DNA from: Monosiga brevicollis MX1
Taxonomy: Eukaryota
Assembly (NCBI RefSeq): GCF_000002865.3
Contig: NW_001865086.1
Coordinates: 97,447-161,446 of the forward strand
DNA length: 64,000 bases
Direction: 5' to 3'
Shown: in pieces, positions 48,469-61,589 of the stretch
Layout of the letters: each line of letters starts with the position of its first letter
How positions within the stretch are numbered: position 1 is the stretch's first letter
Translations under genes and position numbers: made by a program
Notes under the pieces: generated by a model
The model's input: the letters and a program-made list of their open reading frames with translations, nothing else
Database searches by the model: none
Told to the model about the DNA's origin: nothing

Positions 48469-49392
48469 CTACTTTTGGGCAGCGGCAGCTTGGAGGTGAT
48501 TATCCATCCACAAAACCTGCTGATGCTGGCGAACTGTGGGCATGTCGACCATGGTGCCTTCGAATTCAAAAGCTCCGGTGCCCTGCACATGTCAAGGGCA
48601 GACAATGAGGACTGTGGGAGACGCAGAAGCGTTGTGGGCGACAGCGTGCAAGGCCGTGGGTGCGTACTGCGTCGCTATGGGCGTTGAAAGCGTCGACCAG
48701 GCGACGGGCGTAGTCGATTTGCTGTGGGGTGGGGTGATAGGCTGCCTGAACGATGGGAACCTGAACTGGATGGATCACCTGCTTGCCGTCAAAGCCCATT
48801 TCCGCGCCTGTTGTGCCATTTTATTGACAGGCGGGGCAGGGTTGGTCAAGTCAGACAACGTTCTTTTGTATGAGCCTGTTTTTTTGACATGTCTGTCTGA
48901 GCGCCAAGGGCCGTGTTTGGCCCAGACGGTGGGAACTGAAAAAAGGCAGGGCGGGACGGGGCAGGGCAGGGCAGGGCGGGGCGGGGCCGACCTTCGGAGG
49001 CTTCTTGTTCCAGCAAATCAAGGCCTTGTTTGTAGTGGATGTTGACAATGTCAATGGCGGTGAGGCCAAAGCGGGCGGCGGCGACAATGGTCTGTTGTCG
49101 GGCCAGGAGCAGTTCGCGGTTGCTCGGGGTGCGTCGGGCGCGGATGCTGGCAGCAAAGTCGTCGCCCCCAAGGATCAAGCCATCATGAATGATGCGGCGG
49201 TCCTCTGCGGAGCCCCGGTCCTTGCCCACCTGCAGCCAAGGGCAGTTGGGGTGAGCGCAACGTCGGGGCAGTCGGGACAATAAAACCAGTCTGAGAAGCC
49301 TCGTTGTGCAGGGCTAGCAAGAATGGGATTTACCTGACAGATATCGTGGAGGAAATGCAGACCCACGGCGGATTCGACCTGGCAGGTGCAAC

Positions 49393-49439
<47 letters not shown>

Positions 49440-49443
49440 AAGC

Positions 49444-49517
<74 letters not shown>

Positions 49518-50681
49518 GAAAAAAAAAGAAAAAAGAAGAGGGTTGATGAGTTGGGTGCACCGGGCGGCTATGAGCCATGGGAGTCTCAACCTGGGAGGGA
49601 GGGATGACATACTTGGGTGATGAGGTGCAAAGGTTTGGTATTGCTATCGGGGCTGAGCGTTTGGACGGCGTCGTACAACTGGGGCGTCAAGCGAGGGCCA
49701 CAGTGAGCGGATGGCTGGGGTGGGGCGTGCTGGAGAACAAGCTTACCCATTCCATTTGTTCCGGGGTGTCTACTTTTGGGACGACAATGGTGTGGGGTCG
49801 AGTTGAGGCGCCCAGCACGGCCTCGAGGTCGTGCCAGGCGTGGGGAGTATCGACGGGGTTGATTCGGACGGCAACCTCTGAGCGACCTGAGGCAGCGAAA
49901 AAAAAAAAAAAAGGTGAGGGGGTTAGGGTTGGGCTGAGGGGAGGGTTTGTCAGGGTAAGAAGAGGCTCGATGGGGGGGACCACCAGGAGGCCGAGAGGGA
50001 GGCAACAACGGGACAACGACGGGGCACCCGGGGGCCGAGAGGGAGGCAACAACGGGACAACGACGGGGCACCCGGGGGCAACAGCGGGGCAACAACGGGA
50101 CAACACGGGGCAACAACGGGGCAACAACGGGGCAACACCCGGGGGCAGCAACGGGGCAGCAACGGGGCAGCAACGGGGCAGCAACGGCGCAACCGGGGGC
50201 CGAGAGGATGGGAGATGGGCAGCAACTGACCAAAGTTGGTGGATGAGAGGATGTCTGGGATGGCTTGGCGAGCATCGGGTTTGCGGGCTTCGGCAACAGC
50301 ATCTTCGCAGTCGAGGCAGATGAGGTCGACGTCTAGGGTACTGGCCTTGACGACCTGCGCGACCAGGGCACGGGGACGAGCAAACTGAGCTGTGCGCCGC
50401 GACGCGACTCGTTTCGGTGGTCTACGGCGGCGCACTCACCTTGCGATGGTCATGTGCCGGAAGGTACAGCAGGGCTCGCCGCAGCAGCCCAATGGCGCCA
50501 TCCCCACCCGCCGCGGCATCTATGACGGACAAACCACCGGTGAGCCAGCAGTTTATCCAACCACCAAGTCCAACTGATCTTTGCCCATGCCGCGTGCCAC
50601 TTTCTCGACCGACTCACCACCACCAGCGAGCCGGGCGTAGGCCTTGCCCGCCTCAATGGCCGTCTGTGCCACCCGCTGCAT
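48469..50681 (-). CDS. CLYBL: Citrate lyase beta-like protein (CLYBL/CitE; HpcH/HpaI family), multi-exon
   Basis: RRALLYLPAHD; LICLDCEDAV; AVRIN; IVVPKV; VESAVGL; GLILGGDDFAASI; AIDIV; MGFDGKQVIHPVQV; GAFEFEGTMVDMP. Confidence 0.9.
49990..50200. repeat. Intronic 11-mer-based repeat (GGGGCAACAAC)
   Basis: Read directly; lies within a CLYBL intron. Confidence 0.8.
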
Positions 50682-50699
50682 CCTCCGTTTGACTCCCAA

Positions 50700-51270
50700 C
50701 AGCGCCAACAGATCCAGTTGGCAGTGCCAACAGAGCCAACAGGAGAGCCAGCAGTGCTAACAGAGCCAACAGACTTAGCGGTCAGCAAGAGTCAACAGGA
50801 GCGCCAACAGAGAGGAGAACCAGGAGAGGAACGCCAACAGGAGAGCCAGGAGAGGAGAACCAGGAGAGGAGCGCCAACAGGAGAGCCAGCAGCAGAGCCC
50901 ACAGAACCAGCAGTACCAACAGCAGTGCCAACAGCAGCAGAGCCAGCAGTAGAGCCAACAGCAGGAGTACTGATAGCAGAGCCAACAGGAGAACCAGGAG
51001 AGGAGCGCCAACAGCAGCAGGCGTACCAACAACAGGAGAAGTACCAACAGGAGAGCCAACAGGAGAGGGGTACCAACAGCAGCAGGAGCACCAGCAGCAG
51101 CAGGGGTACCAACAGCAGCAGGGGAGTACCAACAGCAGTGCCACCAACAGCAGCAGGAGTACCACCAGGAGCAGGAGCACCACCAGCAGCAGTACCAACA
51201 GCAGGAACACCAACACCAGCAGCAGCAGCAGGGGTACCAGCAGTAGGAGCAGCAGCAGGGGTACCAACCA
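50700..51270. repeat. Degenerate CCAACAG/CAGCAG/GGAGAG minisatellite
   Basis: Low-complexity, T-poor repeat giving long ORFs in several frames. Confidence 0.75.
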
Positions 51271-51619
51271 AGAGGAGGAGGGGGCGGTTACCCAATCTCT
51301 GGATTTCCCACTGGTGGCACGACGTTTGATTTTCGCCTTTTTCTCGTATCTCTTTTTGCAACTGGCCCCCAATTTGCATTAAGCCCCTCTAAAATGAATA
51401 ACAGGATGAAGAAGAGAGAGAGAGAGAGATTAAGAGAGAAAAACACGAAAGAAATTTAGAGAGATTCGGCGATCCTGGTTCGGTTTGAAAGAGAGGAGAA
51501 CGAGGGCTTGCTGCTGCTGCTGCTGCTGCTGCTGCCTTCTTTGAGACGGTGGCGCCCGAAGCGCTCTCTGCCCCCATGGGCCGAGCTAGTCTCACAACAC
51601 CGCTTCGGTCCATAGCCTT

Positions 51620-52520
51620 TTTGAGAAGAAGAGAGAGAGAGAGAGAGAAACAGAGAGAGAGAGAAACAGAGAGAGACAAACAGAGAACAAACAAAGATAG
51701 AGAACAGAGAGAGAGAACACAGAGAGAGAGAAACAGAGAGACAGTCGATTTGAGAGGGAGCCCATTGTCAGATCTTTTCACTTTTTCATTCGTTCGACGT
51801 ACGTTCAAGAGAAAGAGAGAGTTGCTTTGCTGTTGTCTCTCTCTCTCTCTTCTCTTTCTCTGCGTCTCTGTCTCTGTCTCTCTCTGTCTCTCTGTCTCTC
51901 TGTCTCTGTCTCTGTCTCTGTCTCTGTCTCTGTCTCTGTCTCTGTCTCTGTCTCTGTCTCTGTCTCTGTCTCTGTCTCTGTCTCTGTCTCAGTCTCTGTC
52001 TCAGTCTCTGTCTCTGTCTCTGTCTCTGTCTCTGTCTCTGTCTCTGTCTCTGTCTCTGTCTCTGTCTCTGTCTCTGTCTCTCTCGCTGTCTCTGTCTCTC
52101 TCGCTGTCTCTCTCTGTCTCTCTTCGCGCTATTTTCTCTCTGTGGGTCGATCGATNNNNNNNNNNNNNNNNNNNNNNNNNNNNNNNNNNNNNNNNNNNNN
52201 NNNNNNNNNNNNNNNNNNNNNNNNNNNNNNNNNNNNNNNNNNNNNNNNNNNNNNNNNNNNNNNNNNNNNNNNNNNNNNNNNNNNNNNNNNNNNNNNNNNN
52301 NNNNNNNNNNNNNNNNNNNNNNNNNNNNNNNNNNNNNNNNNNNNNNNNNNNNNNNNNNNNNNNNNNNNNNNNNNNNNNNNNNNNNNNNNNNNNNNNNNNN
52401 NNNNNNNNNNNNNNNNNNNNNNNNNNNNNNNNNNNNNNNNNTCACACACACACACACACTTGCGCGCGCGCTCTCTCTGTATCTCTCGCTCGCTCGCTCG
52501 CTCTCACTCACACACACGGC
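51620..52520. repeat. (GA)n and (TCTCTG)n microsatellites flanking N gap 52156-52441
   Basis: Read directly. Confidence 0.9.
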
Positions 52521-53120
52521 TGGATGGTGTATCGGTTCGACATTGACAACGTAGGCAGCATCGTGTGCGCAGCAAGCTTTCCTCACGGACGGCCGTTGAT
52601 GTGAGTGGCGCTTTGCCGTTGCCTTTCAACCGATGGCAGCCTTTGACTCGTGTCGTTGAGAGAGGAGAGACTGTCACGCGACAAGGAATTAGCCCCCTCC
52701 CTCGCCGCCGTCGCCCGTTTTTTTTTTCCCACCACAGATTGCCCTCCCTGCCAGTTGCACCGCGCGGCTGGTCCCCCGTGCCTCGACTCATCTGCCTTGT
52801 TGGCAATTGCGTTTTTGCGACAGATCAGCTGCTTGACCATCACCCCCTAGCCCCCTCGCTGCGGCTGGCCACCAGCCGCCCCCCGTCGTCGAATACCCAC
52901 ATTCAACCGCTCCTGCATCTCGCCTCCTCGTACGCGCCTGCCCCCGCCCCCTCTTCGTGTGCTCGGTTGCATCAAATCAACATTGACCATTCCTGTGCTT
53001 GAAAATGCGGGTTGGAGGCAAATAGGCACCGACTGACCGACCAACCAATTGACCGACCGACCGACCGACCAACCAATTGACCGATTGACCGACTGACCGA
53101 CCAACCGATTGACCGACATT

Positions 53121-54256
53121 ATGCTGTTGGAGGCCCTTTCTTGGCTGGGCTTTATCTTCATTGCCGTCTTTGTCACCCTGTGCCTCGCGGCGGGTCTCTT
53201 GTATCTGGCCGAGGTGGTCGAGGAATACACGGTCGCCACCCGCCGCCTGCTTCATCAAGCCATCTTTGTAAGCATCCCGCGGCACAATTGGAAAAGCAGC
53301 GCTCGTAGCGTCGGACAACCCGCCTCTGATGACGCCGTCCATGTAGGTGGTGGTGGCCTTGCAGTTGTTGTTGGGCTTTTTCTCGTCCATCCCGCTCTGG
53401 CCCATGACCTTGGTGGGCACGGCCGCCCACATTGCCTACTACTCGCTGCTGCACGACTTTCCCTTTTTCAAGTTTACCAGCCCCGAGTTTATTCTCTCCT
53501 CAGGTAGGCTTGGTGGCAGCAGACAGGGAGTTGCCCGGCCGGTGCGGGGGGGGGCTTTTTTTGCATTTTTTTTGGGAGGGTCTCCAACCTGCCAGGCTTT
53601 TTGCCGACGCCCATCACCTGCCTCGTTGACTGACATGGTCTGCGAAATGTCTTCCCTCCCTTTTTTTTTATTAACCGGTTGTAGTGCTTGTGGTGGCACA
53701 CCATTGGGTCGTGTTTAACCACTTTTCATCGTTCTACTATCCCTTTGATCAGGCAAGCTCTATTGGCTGCTGCATTGCGGGACGTGTGCACCAGCCATGT
53801 GCTCACGTCTGCTTTTTTTTTTTCCCCCCTGGTCTAATGCGGCAGGTGGTTTCCTACTTTGTGCTGTGCGTGTGGTTGGTGCCGTTTACGCTGTTTATTT
53901 CGCTGTCGGCCAACGAGAACGTCTTGCCCAACTTTCAAGACCTGTCTGGCGCCGGCCAAGGCAATGATGCTGGCACCGCCGCGACACCCGTCACGGCCAC
54001 CAGCGGCATGTACGGCAAGCGCCAAAACGGCCTCTTGGGTACGTTTCGACAAGGGCAAGGGAGACGCTCGTTCAGGTTGAGAGCAGCAACGAGATGAGAA
54101 AGCGATCGATCCTGGGTGGCGGCTCGTATCTTCACCATCTGGCGCCTGACTCACGACGTGGCCCATGACGGCCCTCTTGCAACCCCAGGCCTGCTGACCT
54201 GGCTCAAGAGCAAGGCCGACAACGTCCTCCCCCGCTCAGGCAACAAAACCTTTTAA
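53121..54256 (+). CDS. TEX261: TEX261/SVP26 (Erv26-family) ER-Golgi adaptor, five exons
   Basis: TLCLAAGLLYLAEVVEEYTV; FPFFKFTSPEFILS; HWVVFNHF; SYFVLCVWLVPFTLFISLSANENVLP; stop TAA 54254-54256. Confidence 0.9.
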
Positions 54257-54299
54257 CCCTTTGAATCCATTTACCAACTAAAGTCGTCGCTTGTGTGTG

Positions 54300-55070
54300 G
54301 AGAGATGTAGAGAGAGAGAAAAAAGAGAGAGAGAAGAGAGAGAGAAAGAGTGAGAGAAGGAAATGAGAAAGAGAGAGAAGAGAGAGAGAGAGATACAGAG
54401 ATGGACAGACAAAAGCAGAGACACAGAGAGGGATTTAGAGAGACAGAGAGAGAGACCCATTCGTTAAGAAGAAGACAGAGATTTAGAGAGAGATTGAGAG
54501 AGAGGGATTTAGAGAGAGAGAGATTTAGAGAGAGAGAGATTTAGAGAGAGGGATTTAGAGAGAGAGAGAGATTTAGAGAGAGAGAGAGAGATTTAGAGAG
54601 AGAGAGAGAGAGGGCCGAGCATTTGGTCAGACAGAGTGAGCGAGAGAAAGGGCCGGCTGCTACCGCTACCGCTACCGCCACGGATACGGATACGGATACG
54701 GATACGGATACGGATACGGCTACGGCTACGGCTACGGATACCGCCACGGATACCGCTACTGATACTGCTACTGCTACGGATACGGCTACGGATACGGATA
54801 CCGCTACTGCTACTGCTACGGATACGGATACTGCCGGTGCTGCCGGTGCTGTTGCCGGCGCTGTTGGTGGTGGAGCAGCTAGTGTGCTTGATCAGCTGCG
54901 CCTTGCTCGTCTGGATCTCGTCTGGATCTCCGTCTCTCGTCTCTCTCGTCGCTCTCTCGTGTCTCGCTCGTGTCTCGCTCGTGTCTCGCTCGTCTCTCGC
55001 TCTCTCTCGTGTCTCTCGTGTCTCTCGTGTCTCTCGTGTCTCTCTCGCTCTCTCGTCTCTCGCTCTCTCT
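54300..55070. repeat. Compound microsatellite block: (GA)n-TTTA, (ACGGAT/ACGGCT)n, (TCTCG)n
   Basis: Read directly; the GA-TTTA part is the reverse complement of the 4262-5115 array type. Confidence 0.85.
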
Positions 55071-55214
55071 GTGATATGAGCTGAGCTGAGAGCAGGCTCC
55101 TTGGACACTGGCTTTTGGGGGGGTTGAATCAAATGCCGCAGTGAGCGCCGGTTCGGCAGTACGAGTCGGCGGCATTGGTGGCACCGGCAACACTGTTGTA
55201 GACTGAGCAGATCG

Positions 55215-55582
55215 ATGGCGGGATCAGAGGGTCACGCCCCAGGGCCCCTCAAGGCGTACGGGGGCGCGGGCCAGCTCACCGTGCTCGCCACGCCCCATCA
55301 CTTGCTCCTTGCCAGCGATGCCCTCCCCACCTTGTTGAGGTAATCGTCCTTTCGGTCCCGCCCCCCTCCGCCTTCGCCCGCCCCTCAACCCGATCCTTTC
55401 CCCCTTTCCGCCTCGGCTCGGTGTTTTTGCTTGGTGCAGTTGCACCACGGTCGCCTTGCTTTTGTTCCCAACCTGAGTCTCAACCCCCCCTCTTCCATTC
55501 TTGCGCCTTCATGGCCACAGGATCAACCGCGTGACGCGAGCCTTTAGCACGGTCACAAGACCATCCCTCCAGGCCTTACCCC

Positions 55583-55613
<31 letters not shown>

Positions 55614-57186
55614 ACTTTTTTTTTTGTGTGTTTTCCCGACCCCACTTGCCCTGCTGTCCTTGACCGCCTTCTCGCGCTCACACATCGACCTCCCACTTGC
55701 GCCAGATGCCGTCAACCTCGGGGCCGTCTACGGCTTTGTCGGCCTTCTTGACCTCCTGACTGGTTCGTTTGTACCTTGCCCCACCCCACTCGCGCGCGCT
55801 CTCTCTCTCTCTTTCTCGCGCGCGCGCTCTCTCCCACCCTCCTATCCCTTTATCCCTGTTCTCACCCCTGTTCTCACCCCGTTTCAATCCTTGTCGTCAC
55901 CTGTGCTTGGCGCCATTTTCTCATTTGTGAGCAGGATGGCACCTCATTGTCATTACCGAGCGCACCGCGGTGGGCACGCTCCGTGGCGAGCCGGTAAGGA
56001 TCACCCTCTTACCATGACCCGCCATTGCTCATCCAACTTTGCAAGGCTCGCGCGTTCGCATCATATTCTTGACGCTCGCCGCTTTTAGGTGTACCGCATC
56101 GATGCCATTGCCGCCCTGCCGCTCTCGCCCGAAGCCCGCTCTACACATCTCAAGGCACGCCCATTGCGGTCTCGAGACAATCAACACATTCCCGAATCAT
56201 CAAATCCCTCTCACCACGCCCTGTGCTGCCCCTCGGCCCGCCCTCTACCCACCGCGTCACGCACCATCGCTTCCTACCCCGCAGTTCCGTTCCAGCGCCC
56301 AGCAAGCCGTCACCGCCTCAGAGAAAGCGCCTCCCACTAGCACGCAGGCCGGTCCACGTGATTTGCGCGTTCCTCAAGCCGAAATCCTGGTCCCTGAACA
56401 GTATCACCCAGACCAAGGTCCGCGCCTTTTGCTCCGCGGCAGACCACCCAAACTCTCAGATTGACATTTGCCCCCCACCTCCTCTCCTTCTAAATGACAA
56501 CTTATCATCCGCTTTCAATACCTTGCATCGTGGCCGCAGGCACGGAGAGCTCACTCGACAAATCCCAGCGGAATCATCGTCTCTACAACAAGCTTTACAA
56601 GCGCCACATCAAGGTTGAAAAGCCGCCATCCTGACAACCGTGATGTGGTTTTGCGGTCATGCCGTGCCCAAGCCATCATCCTCATCTCGTCCTGCCCCCC
56701 ATCCGGTAGCTGCTTGAACGCATGTTCTCGCCCGAAGGCGGCTTCTTTTATAGCGGGTCAGGCAACGTGCTCCTCAAGTGAGATCCTGTTTCCACTTGCC
56801 CTCGTGGTTGTTTCCCGACTCTTCCCTGATTCGCGCTCAACCCTCCCGCCCTTTGCTTTCTCCTTTTGAGCACAGCTTACAAAAGCAACACGAGTTTCTC
56901 GAGGATGAGGCCCGGCCCCCCTTTATGTGGCAATCCCCGGCTGCAGACCGCACCTTTTGGAATCACGTCATGCTGGTCGACCTCGTGTCCAATACCGATC
57001 TCCACCCGTGGGTCCTGCCCATCATGCAGGGGTTCTTCGATCGGGGATCCTGCCGTCTACCCTCTGGAACTACCATGGCCGCTACCATCGTGTCTCGTCG
57101 CTCTCGCCACCGCCTTGGCTGTCGGTACGCCAGTCGTTGACCCAGTGCCCCAGTTATCTGGAAAAACAAAAAAACAAAAAAAAAAA

Positions 57187-57221
<35 letters not shown>

Positions 57222-60200
57222 AAATACAAAGCAACAACCGAAAATCATCAATCGCAGCAAGTCTTCACTTTGCGCTGTCCGCACTTGGGTAGCTACAAGA
57301 AGCGCGGCCTGGACGCCAACGGCAATGTGGCCAACGGCGTGGAGACAGAGCAGATCCTGGCGTGCAACGACCACGTCCTGGCCTTTGTGCAATATCGAGG
57401 TGAGTGCCGCATGCTGAGAAAACTCGAGGCCTTGCTTCTTGCTGACAACCCGCTTCCTGCATGGGCCGCTTCCTCCCACCAGGCTCCATTCCCGTCTTCT
57501 GGACGCAAGAACCTCAAAACAAGGAGTATCGACCAGCCGTCAATCTTCACAAGACCCCGGCCGAAACCCAGGTGCGCCTGCCTTTCTTGAGAGCAGCACT
57601 GCGTCTCGTCCTAATCCACCCGAAATCATCCCTGATCGTGGCCTTGCGCTGGTCATTGCTTGCAGACGGCCTTTCTGCGCCACATGGAGCAGCTCGTGTC
57701 GCATTTTGGTCCCCATCAATTCTGGGTGAATCTCATCAATCGTCAGGGCCGCGAAGCCGTACGTCATGCCACTCATACAGTTCCTGTGCTCGTGCACCCA
57801 ATGCACCCAAACCTTGAGGATGATTGGTCACGGCGCTCACAACAACAGCGCTCTCATCTGTGTTAGGTGGTTGGAGAGGCCTTCAAAAAGGTGTTTGCTG
57901 CTGCCGCACCGTCCCACATCACCTACCATCCCTTTGATTTTCACCACCACTGCAAGCGAAGCACCATGCACAAAGTAAGACTGTCAGCCTACCGTCATCT
58001 CCACCCCTGTTCCCTTCCTCTCACCTTTGGGGGCCGTGCCAAACGCAGGTGTGGGAAATTGTCGACGCGGCCCAGGTCTCGCTGGACAACATGGGTTTCA
58101 CCAATTTCGTCGTCAACGGTGATGTGCGTCTAACATGAGGCTGGGCCTCACCTCACGACAGTCTCACCAACGTTTCATCTGCTTTTCAGGTGTGGCATCC
58201 CGTGACACAGCAGACGGGCGTTGTGCGTACCAATTGCATGGATTGCTTGGATCGTACCAACGTCACCCAAAGTGTCTTTGCTCGAGACACCGCGGCACGC
58301 CAGCTCTTGGCAGCCGGCATCCTCAAGGGCAAGGTATGCCCTCGGTCTTGCTGTAGCCACGTTCTCTTGTTCCTTGTGCGCGGCCCTTCACGTCTTTGCC
58401 TGGCCATTCGCCCTTCCATCGCGCTCCTCTTTGCCACACTCCCAGGAGGGCTTTCCACCCGCATTGCTGAGCCTACTGCAGCGCCTGTGGGCTGCCAATG
58501 GCAATCAGATTAGCCGGCAATATGCCGGTACTGATGCCATGAAAAGCGAGGCCACCAAGGCCGGTCGCAACAAACTCCTTGGTACGCATCTTTCGAGCCT
58601 CTTAGTCTGTTGCTATTTTGCAGCCTCGGGTGATGGCACCATGGATCCCGCCCCCGTAACCCGTACCTGTTTTTTTTTTATTTATTTATTTATTTATATC
58701 TAACTTTAATTCCATCCTCTGGGCACCCGTCACCGCCGATGATGCGCAGGTGCGCTCAACGATGGTCGTAAGTCACTGACTCGCTATTACCTCAACACTT
58801 TCAAGGATGCATACCGACAACAAGTCATCGACCTCTGTCAGCTGTCTCGATCAACGAGCGCTGTCTTCAACGAGAGCCTGGCGCTGGAGCGCATGCAACA
58901 CGTTGTGCTACAAGACACGACCACCAACTTTGTGAATCGTGTTCTTCGCAAGGTTTGTCTTGCCTTCGTCCGTGCCCGGGCTCGGATGTGAGATACCGCA
59001 GTGAGCACTGCCAGGTCTTACACGCGCGCGCGCGTGTGCATGCTTTGTAGATTATCGATGAAGGGGAGCACTGCATTGCAGCATGGCCCACGTTCCGGCG
59101 AGATCCGTTAGTTTTTCATAAACGCACATCACTTTTAACCCCGACCCTAGCCCATGCTTCCGCTCGCTTGCCTTGAGATGCTCGGCATCCTGTCCTCATT
59201 CCTGCTTTCGACTCTACCGGTCTCCTTATTTTAGAGTGGTGGTGGCAGAGACGATTGTGATTGTGACCTCCGAGCATCTGTACGTGGCCTATGTGAGTTT
59301 TGCGGACGAGACCCTGCATGCTCTGGGTACACACAATCTGCATCTATTGCATCGTGGTGAGTCGGGCCCCTTGGCTCCGGGCGAGATCAAGGCGCTGAGT
59401 CTGCATACCAACAGTATTGCCGAAGATGCCAGCAAAAGCCGATCCAAGATCCGCTTTCCAGTGGTTCGGCTCGCCTTTCGGGTAAGCACCAACTGTGATG
59501 TGTGTCTGTGCAAGAGGTGCCAGTGGCTCAAGGTCAAAATAAAATTTGCATTGGCAGCTGTCTCAACTGGTGGCAATCCATATGTTGACTTGCAATGCCT
59601 AGGCTTTGGGTGAAATTGAGGACCGTCTCGAAGCCGGGTTGGTGGCGCTCTGGCTCTCTGAGCTGCGACAAGCAAACCCGTATCTTGTGGGCGATGCCAT
59701 GCCGGATGAAGAGACAGAGGAGCTCGAGGCCGAGGCGCTAGCACGCTTTGCCGACACTCGGCCTGCAGCCTCGAGCATCATAACGAGGGCGGCAGCTTGG
59801 ACCACGCAAGCGTTGAATGGCCATCAGGATGAGCTGGCATCGGCGTCGGTGCTGTTGGGAGAGAGCGCTACTCCTGCACCAAACTGTGGCTCGTCGAGGG
59901 CGGATTCACCTCGTACGGACCGAAGTCGCGTGGCTAGCAGTTCTGATGGGCCAAGCACCAGGAGCGCGGGCCAGGGCACGGACGACGGCGAAGAGGACAA
60001 CGTGGACGAAGATTCAGAGATGGTCAGCTCTGTCCTGGCCGGACTGATTCTCGATTCACACTTGGAAGCATCACCCGCGAATCCGGACAAGGACCGCCGC
60101 TTGCGGTCGAGAACTTTGCCCGCTTCCGTGGCCCATGAAACGCTGGCAGAGTATGAAGCTCGTGCGCTCGGAGTGGGATCCACCGGTGATTTGCACGACA

Positions 60201-60843
60201 TGTCTTCGGTCTTTGGCGATGAACCCAGCGCAGACGAGACTGGCGATCAGAAACCTGGTTCGACCGAGAAGGAAGACCCTGCACAAAATGATGTGTATGA
60301 GGGGCAGGAGAGGACTCGCGAAGAAGGCATAAACGGCAATGGCAGCGAAGCGGATGGTGACGAGGATGACGAGGATGACGAGGACATTGATGTGGAGGAC
60401 GTGCCTGAGCGAAGTTTTTCAGAGGAGGCGCAGCAACCCGCTGGTGTAGTATCGCGGACAAAGCTGAGTGGATCCTCGGCCGTCGATGTGGAGGCCAACA
60501 TGGTCATGGCGCCAACCATTGATCTGTCAGCGGGTTTGGGCCGCTTGCCCGACCCTGTTTTGGAATCTCTCCGGGTATGTAGGCTGCTTCTGCCGCGGTT
60601 GAGGCGGTTGGTGTGTTGGCTGCTGACTGTTTTTTTCTTCTTTGGAATGGGCCATCTCCGTGTTGTGCTTGGGGCTGGCAGGCGGCAGCACCCCCGTTGC
60701 CGGTGGGACGCGTGAGTCAGCTACAGTGGTTGACAATACAGCCCTTGGCATTGGACATGCAGGGACATGCCTTGCCTTCGATTGATAGCGGTATGTGTGG
60801 CCTGGTGGAGCTCGTGTGTCACACGACACTCTTCGTTGCTGTA

Positions 60844-60892
<49 letters not shown>

Positions 60893-61021
60893 TTGTGTTT
60901 ATTTATTTGTGTGGCAATAGGTATCGTGGATGAGGTTATGCAAGGGTTACAACAAGCACTCAAGGAGGGCCGCCACCGGTATTCCCTGCACGCTGTGAAG
61001 ATGGCCAGTGAGTGTACTTAG
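55215..61021 (+). CDS. SAC-domain phosphoinositide phosphatase, SAC2/INPP5F-like, multi-exon (ends approximate)
   Basis: [65 protein letters not shown]; catalytic [13 protein letters not shown] (CX5RT); [29 protein letters not shown]; then an hSac2-like segment and an acidic tail. Confidence 0.88.
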
Positions 61022-61589
61022 CATGCTCCAACCAACAGCAGGTACTGCATGGGGAACGGATGGTCCCAGGTGTTGGGTTTGATAGAGTTTGCCTCGAGAC
61101 CACCATGCCCCAAACAAAGCTGGATGGGAATGAGTTTGGCATTTGCAAAGAGACAATCGATTGCGGATCAAGCACCAAAACGCACAAGAACTATACTTGA
61201 CATGTGAACAAACATCAAACAGGCATTCAGAGAGGAGGGGCAAATGGATAAAATCAAGAGGAACAAGACAGAACTAGAGAAAGGACAAAAGAAAAAGAAA
61301 AAGGCAAATGGAGAGGCCTTCACCACCCCAAAGTCGGAGAACAGGAGAATGGAAAGAAGCACGACCAGACACTCGGCGCAGGCAGCACCTTTTTCAGCCA
61401 TCACGCAGAAAACTGAGACAACTCTTTTCCCAAGCAAGGAGGGAAGTTAGCATGAAAAACAAACAGAACAAAACAAAGCGAAAGAGCAATGACCAAGCGG
61501 GTAGGGGATAACGGGTAGGGGATAACGGGTAAGGGGTTCCTTTGAGAATTGACGAACACGGATGGGTCTTGACTAGGAGCGGTTTTGGG

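Noticed and set aside
50718..52604. Long ORFs of 195-351 aa
   Set aside because: Arise from stop-poor mini/microsatellites and N gaps; open in several frames; no domain content.
53028..53117. GACC/CCAATT repeats just before the TEX261 ATG as CCAAT boxes
   Set aside because: Degenerate tetranucleotide microsatellite; no evidence for function.
54593..55193. ORFs rich in TD/RI/SR dipeptides
   Set aside because: Translations of hexamer and pentamer microsatellites between TEX261 and the SAC gene.
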